A stretch of DNA of 64,000 bases from Candidatus Latescibacterota bacterium. Lineage in GTDB: Bacteria; Latescibacterota; UBA2968; UBA8231. The translations under genes and the position numbers were made by a program. This document shows positions 58,184-64,000 of the stretch, piece by piece. Location of the stretch: the NCBI GenBank assembly GCA_965248355.1, contig OZ252098.1:3328001-3392000 (forward strand), in the 5' to 3' direction. The first letter of the stretch is position 1, and each line of letters starts with the position of its first letter. The notes beneath the pieces are model-generated. The model was not told the origin of the DNA. It searched no databases and worked only from the letters and a program-made list of their open reading frames with translations.

Positions 58184-59488
58184 GTGCGCATTCCGCGAAG
58201 CGCCATCGCCTTCTTCTGCACGGTTCTGCAGATCTGCTTCGGCACCGTGTACGCCTGGAGCTTCTTCCAGACGATGCTGGTACGTCAGGGCGGCTGGACC
58301 CATACACAGACAGCCTGGGCCTTCAGCATCGCCATCTTTTCTCTGGGGGTGTCGGCGGCCTGGGCGGGCAACATGCTGCCGCGCCTGGGGCCGAAACGGC
58401 TTGCGCTGGCCGGCAGCCTGATGTTCTCGGGCGGGTACCTCATTGCGGGCGCCGCCCTTCACCTGGACTCCGTAGCGCTCTTCTACCTGGGTTACGGAGT
58501 GGTGGGCGGAGCGGGCATCGGATTGGGATACGTGACGCCGGTGGCCACGGTGGCCAAGTGGTTCCCTGACCGCAAGGGACTGGCCACCGGCATCGTGGTC
58601 ATGGGGTTCGGCGTGGGGGCCTTTCTCCTCAGCAAGGGTCTGGCGCCGTTCCTCATCGTCCGCACGGCCGGAGCCCTGCCCCTGGTCTTCATCTGGCTTG
58701 GGATCCTCTTCGCCTGCATCCTGGTTCCCTGCAGCCTCGCCTTGAGCGATCCCCCCCGGTCCGCATCGTCCGCAGGTGCCCGTTCGGAGGAGGCCATGGG
58801 ATTCGGAGAGCCGGACTCCGCCGGACCCTGCCTTCGCACCACCCAGTTCACCATCATGTGGATCGTCTTCTTCTTCAACATCTCCGCCGGGATCTCCGTG
58901 ATCAGCTTTCAGTCGGAGCTCCTTCAGGAGATCTGGGGCCTGGCCGACGCCACCATCGAGCCCACCACCCTCGCCGAGTACGGCGCAACCCTCATCGCCG
59001 CAAGCTCCATCTGCAACGGCCTGGGGCGTCTCTTCTGGGGATTGCTCTCCGACCGCTTCGGCCGGGTCACCATCTTTCGGGTTCTGCTGGCCAGCCAGAT
59101 GGTCGTCTTCGGGATTCTCATGACCGAGACCAACCCCTTGCTGTTCTCCGTGCTGGTCTGCTATGTCCTGCTCTGCTTCGGGGGAGGCTTCGCCACCATG
59201 CCTCCCTTTGTCCTCGATGTCTTCGGCACGCGAAAGATGTCCACCATCTACGGCGCCGTCCTCACGGCGTGGGCCGCCGCCGGGATCGCCGGTCCGTTGT
59301 ATGTGGGATACCTGAAAGACGTGTACCCCGACCGCGCCGTCATGTACTGCTTCATCATCGGGATCCTCATGCTCGCAGCCGGGTACCTGTTCTCCTACCT
59401 GCTGAACGACGGCCGGATCCGTCTGGGACGGCCGACGACGGAGAGCACTCTGCACCGGTACGGGATTCCGGCGGCGGGCCAAGGATGA
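58184..59488 (+). CDS. OFA (oxalate:formate antiporter) family MFS transporter
   Basis: GTVYAWS, GLGYVTPVA..KWFPDRKGLATG, NGLGRLFWG..SDRFGR, GGGFATMP, IYG. Confidence 0.9.
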   Translation: MRIPRSAIAFFCTVLQICFGTVYAWSFFQTMLVRQGGWTHTQTAWAFSIAIFSLGVSAAWAGNMLPRLGPKRLALAGSLMFSGGYLIAGAALHLDSVALFYLGYGVVGGAGIGLGYVTPVATVAKWFPDRKGLATGIVVMGFGVGAFLLSKGLAPFLIVRTAGALPLVFIWLGILFACILVPCSLALSDPPRSASSAGARSEEAMGFGEPDSAGPCLRTTQFTIMWIVFFFNISAGISVISFQSELLQEIWGLADATIEPTTLAEYGATLIAASSICNGLGRLFWGLLSDRFGRVTIFRVLLASQMVVFGILMTETNPLLFSVLVCYVLLCFGGGFATMPPFVLDVFGTRKMSTIYGAVLTAWAAAGIAGPLYVGYLKDVYPDRAVMYCFIIGILMLAAGYLFSYLLNDGRIRLGRPTTESTLHRYGIPAAGQG

Positions 59489-59551
59489 TGCCGTCGGAAC
59501 GGGGCCGACCCCACCCCCCCCCTTGGCCCCATTGCGGCGGTCTGGAACTCC

Positions 59552-59580
59552 TTGACAGGCCCAGGGTCAGTCCATATAAG
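59552..59580 (+). promoter_or_regulatory. near-consensus sigma70 promoter TTGACA-N17-TATAAG
   Basis: Read directly, 27 nt upstream of the synthase ATG. Confidence 0.75.
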
Positions 59581-59607
59581 AAGCGCCCCTCTCTCAGGTA
59601 GCTGAAG

Positions 59608-60732
59608 ATGGCCGCGTCCTCTTCGAACGGTTTGCGAAGCACCGACCTCGCCTACCAGGAGAAGATCCTTCAGGGCGTATCCCGAACCTTCGCCCTCACC
59701 ATTCCCCAGCTTCCCGATCCGTTGCGCGAAGTGGTGGGCAATGCCTACCTCCTGTGCCGCATCACGGATACCATCGAAGACGAGCCGGCCCTGTCCCCCC
59801 TCCAGAAGCAGGCCTTCTCGGAGCGCTTCGTCGAGATCGTCGCCGGCCGCCAGGACCCGGAGTCCTTCGCGCGCGGCCTCGGCGCCTTGCTGTCGGCCTC
59901 GACCACCGAGAGCGAGCATGACCTGATCGCCAACACCGCCCGGGTCATCCGCGTCACCCGCGGCTTTCGCCCCGCCCAGCAAGGCGCCCTCGAACGCTGT
60001 GTGAGGATCATGTCCCAGGGAATGGCGGAGTTCCAGCAGAACGCGACGCCCGACGGACTCGATGATCTTCCACACCTCGACCGCTACTGCTACCACGTGG
60101 CCGGGGTGGTGGGCGAGATGCTCACCGAGCTGTTCTGCGACTACTCCCCCGAGATTGACGAACGGCGCGAAGATCTGCTCGCCCTTTCCCTCTCCTTCGG
60201 CCAGGGGCTGCAGATGACGAACATCCTCAAGGATGTGTGGGACGACCGCCGCCGCGGCGCCTGCTGGCTGCCGCGGGATGTCTTCCTCGAGGCCGGAGCC
60301 GAGATACGCTCCCTGGCCGCGGGGAGAGACGACCCCGCCTTCATCAACGGGCTCTTCGAGCTCGTGGCCATCGCCCATTGGCACCTCGAGAACGCCCTGC
60401 GCTACATCCTGATCATCCCCACCCGTGAGACCGGCATCCGCCGCCACTGCCTCTGGGCCCTGGGGATGGCCGTGCTTACCTTGCGCCGCATTCAGGCCAC
60501 CCCGTCCTTCAGGGACGGGCAGGAGGTGAAGATCTCCCGTCGCAGCGTGCGCGCGGTCACCCTCGTCACCAGCACCCTCGTGCGCTCGAACCTCGCCCTG
60601 AAGCTCCTTTTCAAGGCGCTCACTCGCGATCTGCCCCGAGCCGCCATGGAAACGCCCTTCGAGCCACCCTCCTCACCTGACCTGAACGGACGCGACAGCC
60701 AGCCTTTGAAGAGTGTCCCGGGCGCCTCCTGA
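59608..60732 (+). CDS. squalene/phytoene synthase family protein (farnesyl-diphosphate farnesyltransferase-like)
   Basis: [41 protein letters not shown]. Confidence 0.9.
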   Translation: MAASSSNGLRSTDLAYQEKILQGVSRTFALTIPQLPDPLREVVGNAYLLCRITDTIEDEPALSPLQKQAFSERFVEIVAGRQDPESFARGLGALLSASTTESEHDLIANTARVIRVTRGFRPAQQGALERCVRIMSQGMAEFQQNATPDGLDDLPHLDRYCYHVAGVVGEMLTELFCDYSPEIDERREDLLALSLSFGQGLQMTNILKDVWDDRRRGACWLPRDVFLEAGAEIRSLAAGRDDPAFINGLFELVAIAHWHLENALRYILIIPTRETGIRRHCLWALGMAVLTLRRIQATPSFRDGQEVKISRRSVRAVTLVTSTLVRSNLALKLLFKALTRDLPRAAMETPFEPPSSPDLNGRDSQPLKSVPGAS

Positions 60733-60745
60733 AAGGGTACGAACC

Positions 60746-61684
60746 ATGCGAGTCATCCTGGCCCAGCCACGTGGATTCTGTGCCGGCGTTGAACGAGCCA
60801 TCGAGATCGTCGAGGCGGCCCTGGAACAGTACGGCCCGCCGATCTATGTGAGACACGAGATCGTCCACAACCCACGGGTCGTGGAAAACCTGAAGGCGAA
60901 GGGCGTACGCTTCGTGGAGGAGATCGACCAGGTCCCCCGCGGAGCGATCGCCGTCTTCAGCGCCCACGGCGTTTCGAAAAAGGTCGAGGAGGATGCGTCG
61001 ATGCGCGATCTGCGATCCCTCGATGCCACCTGTCCCCTGGTTACGAAAGTGCACAAGGAAGGCCGGCGCTACGCGGCCAGGGGCTACGACATCATCCTCA
61101 TCGGTCACGAGAACCATCCCGAGGTGGAGGGCACGGTAGGACAGATCCCGGGACCGGTCCTCCTGGTCAGCGACGCGAAAGGGGTGGAGGCCCTGGAGGT
61201 GCGCGATCCCGGGAAGGTCGCCTACATCACCCAGACGACCCTGTCCGTGGACGATACGCGGGAGGTGATCTCGGCCCTGCGCCGGCGCTTTCCGAAGATC
61301 GTCGGGCCGGACGTCAAGGACATCTGCTACGCAACCCAGAACCGCCAGGCCGCCGTGCGCGCACTCGCCGCCCGGGTGGACCTCATGCTGGTGGTGGGCG
61401 CACAGAACAGCTCCAACTCCAACCGCCTGTGCGAAGTCAGCAGTGACAGCGGCGTGCCGAGCTATCTGATCGAGGATCCTTCAATGCTCGATCCCGGCTG
61501 GCTGGTGGGGATGGAAAGCATCGGCATCGCCGCCGGGGCCTCAACGCCCGAAGAGCTGGTGCATGAGCTGATCGACAAGTTGCGGGAGCACGCCGACCTG
61601 GAAATCTCGACGATGGACGGCATCGAGGAAAACGTGCGTTTCAGCCTTCCCGATTCCCTGGACCCCGCCCCCGCTTCCGGGTAG
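60746..61684 (+). CDS. ispH: 4-hydroxy-3-methylbut-2-enyl diphosphate reductase
   Basis: [51 protein letters not shown]. Confidence 0.96.
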   Translation: MRVILAQPRGFCAGVERAIEIVEAALEQYGPPIYVRHEIVHNPRVVENLKAKGVRFVEEIDQVPRGAIAVFSAHGVSKKVEEDASMRDLRSLDATCPLVTKVHKEGRRYAARGYDIILIGHENHPEVEGTVGQIPGPVLLVSDAKGVEALEVRDPGKVAYITQTTLSVDDTREVISALRRRFPKIVGPDVKDICYATQNRQAAVRALAARVDLMLVVGAQNSSNSNRLCEVSSDSGVPSYLIEDPSMLDPGWLVGMESIGIAAGASTPEELVHELIDKLREHADLEISTMDGIEENVRFSLPDSLDPAPASG

Positions 61685-61688
61685 CAAC

Positions 61689-62957
61689 CTACAGGCTCCA
61701 GACCAGGTCCAGATCGACGAAGCTGTCCCGGCGCGTGTCGTAGTGGAGATCCGCTTCGTCGATGCCGAGTAGCTCGATCGCCTCCAGGCGCAGGGACCAG
61801 CGGCCTGAGATCCGCCGGTTCACTTCGACGGCGAGGGTGCGAGTGGCGTGGCCGGCGTCTCCCAGAATGCCGGCGAGAACCTCCGTTCCCTGCATATCGT
61901 TGAAGGCCAGGCGCCCGCCGAGAAAGAGGTCGTTCTCCAGGGTGTTCGGCGAGCGCCTCGGCGTCGCATCGGCGCCCCGTCCATCGTAGTTCCATTCGCC
62001 GAGCAGGCCGAGATCGCCCGTGGAACCAAGCACCGAGTAGAGGGTGTACTCCGAGCCGACAACAACAGCCGTGTAGTCCTCTTCCTGGCCGAGGCGGTTG
62101 CGGGCGCCGGCGCGCTGAATCGCTTCGAGCTTGAACAGCCAGGAGCCGGTGGTCCACTGGGCATCCAGCCCGAACTGCCGGATCTGCTCGTAGTGCTGGA
62201 TCAGGGCCGGCACCCCCCCGGGGTCCACGCCCAGTCGCAGAGAGGGCTCCCGGCTGGTGCCCTCGAACAGGCTCACACCCGCGTCGACGGGGCCCATGCC
62301 GTGGCTGTACCGGGCGGCGAGATCCAGGTGCCGCGCCCGGGCTTCGCTCTCGTACTCGACCTGCTCGTCCTCCACGACAAGGGGGAGACGCAGCCGGCCC
62401 GCCCGTCCGGGAAAGGTGCGGGCGCGGTGCCAGGGCAGGCCGAACAACTCCAGGGCTCCCCAGCCGCCGGACCAGGTGAGATGGATCATGGGCTGGCCCA
62501 GCTTGGCCTCGCCGTCGGGATGCTCCACGAAGTCGACCTGGTTTACGATGTCCACCAGGTGCTGGGATTCCGCGACGCCCCAGAAGACCTGGTCGATGCC
62601 CACGCGCAGCTCCCACTCCCCAGCGCCGACTTCCCCGAACAGCAGGAGTCCCGCCTCGCGCAGATCGGCGTGGGTGCGGCGGGGGTCTGCGGAGTCGTAG
62701 CGAAAGAACGGCGCCAGGGTGAGGCTCCGGCCGTCGGCGTCCGCAAGGGAGAGCCTCGGCGCCGCCACGAACCCGCTCGCATGGCGGCGTTGTCCGTCGT
62801 GGGCCGCACTCTCCGGGAACCAGCGGGTCTCGAGGCTGGAGCGCCCGGAGAACTGGTGATCCATCCAGGTGCCCCCATCGGCCCCGCCGGCAAGGACCGA
62901 TGCCAGGATCCATACCGCTACGGGAGCCGCGCGGTATGGATCGCCTCCAGGCCGCAT
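61689..62957 (-). CDS. probable outer-membrane beta-barrel protein
   Basis: Signal peptide; DLREA, VFWGVAES..LVDIVNQ, KLGQPM; amphipathic strands; follows the LolA-like gene. Confidence 0.7.
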   Translation of the reverse strand: MRPGGDPYRAAPVAVWILASVLAGGADGGTWMDHQFSGRSSLETRWFPESAAHDGQRRHASGFVAAPRLSLADADGRSLTLAPFFRYDSADPRRTHADLREAGLLLFGEVGAGEWELRVGIDQVFWGVAESQHLVDIVNQVDFVEHPDGEAKLGQPMIHLTWSGGWGALELFGLPWHRARTFPGRAGRLRLPLVVEDEQVEYESEARARHLDLAARYSHGMGPVDAGVSLFEGTSREPSLRLGVDPGGVPALIQHYEQIRQFGLDAQWTTGSWLFKLEAIQRAGARNRLGQEEDYTAVVVGSEYTLYSVLGSTGDLGLLGEWNYDGRGADATPRRSPNTLENDLFLGGRLAFNDMQGTEVLAGILGDAGHATRTLAVEVNRRISGRWSLRLEAIELLGIDEADLHYDTRRDSFVDLDLVWSL

Positions 62958-63778
62958 CAGCGGGTACGTCTCAGCCCGGTCCGTGTGAAATCGCGCTCGT
63001 CGAGGTCGGTGGCGAACTGGTACTCCGTCCAGGTCAGGACGGTGCTCTTCCCGGTGAGGTGGTTCTCCATGGTCATCTCGCCAGCGCGCCAGTATCTCCC
63101 AAGGTACTGGTTGTAGTTGGCCAGAGTGAGCGTCTTCAGATGGGCATCCTTGCGGTCGTAGTACTCCACTCTCCAGACGCGAAGCTCATCCTTGTCGCGC
63201 CACACCAACTGCCGGTTGTAGCCGGACTTCCTGTCCACGGGAAACCGTTCGGACACGGTGCAGGTCATCTGGCCGCACGGTTCGTCCCGCAGGTACCGGT
63301 AGGTGTATTTCTCCACCGCCTGGGCGGTCAGATCCTCATAGGCGAACTCACTGCCCATGAAGGAGCCGGACCGGTTGGACGAGCTGATGCGCTTGACACG
63401 TTTCAGGGCCGGCAGGTAGAACCACTGATCGTCTGCGCTCTCCGGGTGAGCATGGATGAGCAAGGCGGTGCCCTGCACGTCCCGCGGCTCATCGAACACG
63501 AAGAGGCTCTTGTCCCCCTCTCCGGCCACCTCCAGAACCCTCACGCGAAGCTGGCGCCGGCTTTCCTGCCCCTGCCTGTTCCGCAGCACCATGGACTGCC
63601 GGGCCGTGAAGTTGCCGAAGCCGACTTCGCGGGAACTCGCATCTTTGGCGATCCTCAGCCCGGTCTCCTCGGGGCTAGCCCCGAGGGAAGGAGCGGGAAT
63701 CGCTGCCAGGAATGCCGCCAGGATAGCGAAGAGCCCGAGATGGCGGGGCACCGGCCCGGCCGGGGGTGCGGGGATCAT
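62957..63778 (-). CDS. outer-membrane lipoprotein-sorting (LolA-like) protein
   Basis: FDEPRDVQGTALL, DDQWFYLPALKRVKRI, SFMGSEFAYED, YYDRK..LKTL. Confidence 0.88.
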   Translation of the reverse strand: MIPAPPAGPVPRHLGLFAILAAFLAAIPAPSLGASPEETGLRIAKDASSREVGFGNFTARQSMVLRNRQGQESRRQLRVRVLEVAGEGDKSLFVFDEPRDVQGTALLIHAHPESADDQWFYLPALKRVKRISSSNRSGSFMGSEFAYEDLTAQAVEKYTYRYLRDEPCGQMTCTVSERFPVDRKSGYNRQLVWRDKDELRVWRVEYYDRKDAHLKTLTLANYNQYLGRYWRAGEMTMENHLTGKSTVLTWTEYQFATDLDERDFTRTGLRRTR

Positions 63779-64000
63779 GGATTCCTCCGGTCGATGGCGA
63801 TGAGCAAGGTCGGCAGGATCAGGAAGTCGGCGGCCAGGGCGAAGAGGATCGTCATGGTGACCAGAAGACCGAGAGCCCAGCTCACCTCGAATCCCGAGGT
63901 GGCGAAGACCAGGAACCCGGCGGACAGTACCGCGGTGGTCGTCCACAAGGCATGGCCCACGGTATGGAAGGCGGAGCGCACCGCCTCGGGTGCCGCCTGG
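63775..64000 (-). CDS. MMPL/RND family transporter, C-terminal fragment
   Basis: VGHALWTTTAVLSAGF...ALAADFLILPTLL; ATGA overlap with the LolA-like gene. Confidence 0.8.
   Translation of the reverse strand, partial: QAAPEAVRSAFHTVGHALWTTTAVLSAGFLVFATSGFEVSWALGLLVTMTILFALAADFLILPTLLIAIDRRNP

Noticed and set aside
59500..59530. GGGGCC/GGCCCC hairpin with a poly-C loop as terminator
   Set aside because: Short stem with no U-tract.
3725..62913. Long antisense or alternate-frame ORFs (e.g. 4927-7599, 32688-34556, 47973-49586, 49688-51694, 58178-59482)
   Set aside because: Shadow ORFs expected at this GC content, overlapping genes with clear family motifs.
1..64000. CRISPR array, tRNA, rRNA, integrase, reverse transcriptase
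   Set aside because: No repeat-spacer periodicity, cloverleaf or diagnostic motifs seen; the visible repeats are intragenic (WD40, kelch, helical).

Overview
GC-rich bacterial window with about 50 genes. The secreted WD40/LamG/kelch proteins, two PhyH dioxygenases, a FlgD-Ig C-terminus and a WGRIK C-terminal motif suggest a Latescibacterota/Gemmatimonadota/Poribacteria-like organism; this is inference only. Most genes are metabolic or transport: murD, kbl, ispH, squalene/phytoene synthase, hydantoinase A/B, MFS and ABC transporters, and an RcnA-like exporter. Three regions stand out. (1) 26.1-29.5 kb: a lower-GC four-gene cassette encoding a DUF6932-like pol-beta nucleotidyltransferase, an HTH-ImmA/IrrE metallopeptidase, a Beta/sce7725-like protein and a convergent sce7726-like PD-(D/E)xK nuclease. 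It has a predicted leaderless sigma70 promoter overlapped by a palindromic operator and is a candidate uncharacterised defence or toxin-antitoxin system. (2) 2.1-2.8 kb: a long structured leader with mutually exclusive anti-antiterminator, antiterminator and terminator pairings and an overlapping leader ORF, upstream of a tiny Fis-like HTH gene and two zinc-ribbon ABC exporters plus DUF1854. It is a candidate new attenuator or riboswitch. (3) 39.4-44.1 kb: a restriction-modification locus with an intact N4/N6 methyltransferase, whose partner gene carries an ISKra4 insertion (6-bp TSD), two frameshifts and an IS630 in its stop codon. Three other genes have single-base homopolymer frameshifts, which may be sequencing error or erosion. 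I recognised no rRNA, tRNA or CRISPR array. All family calls come from motif recognition by eye, not database searches.
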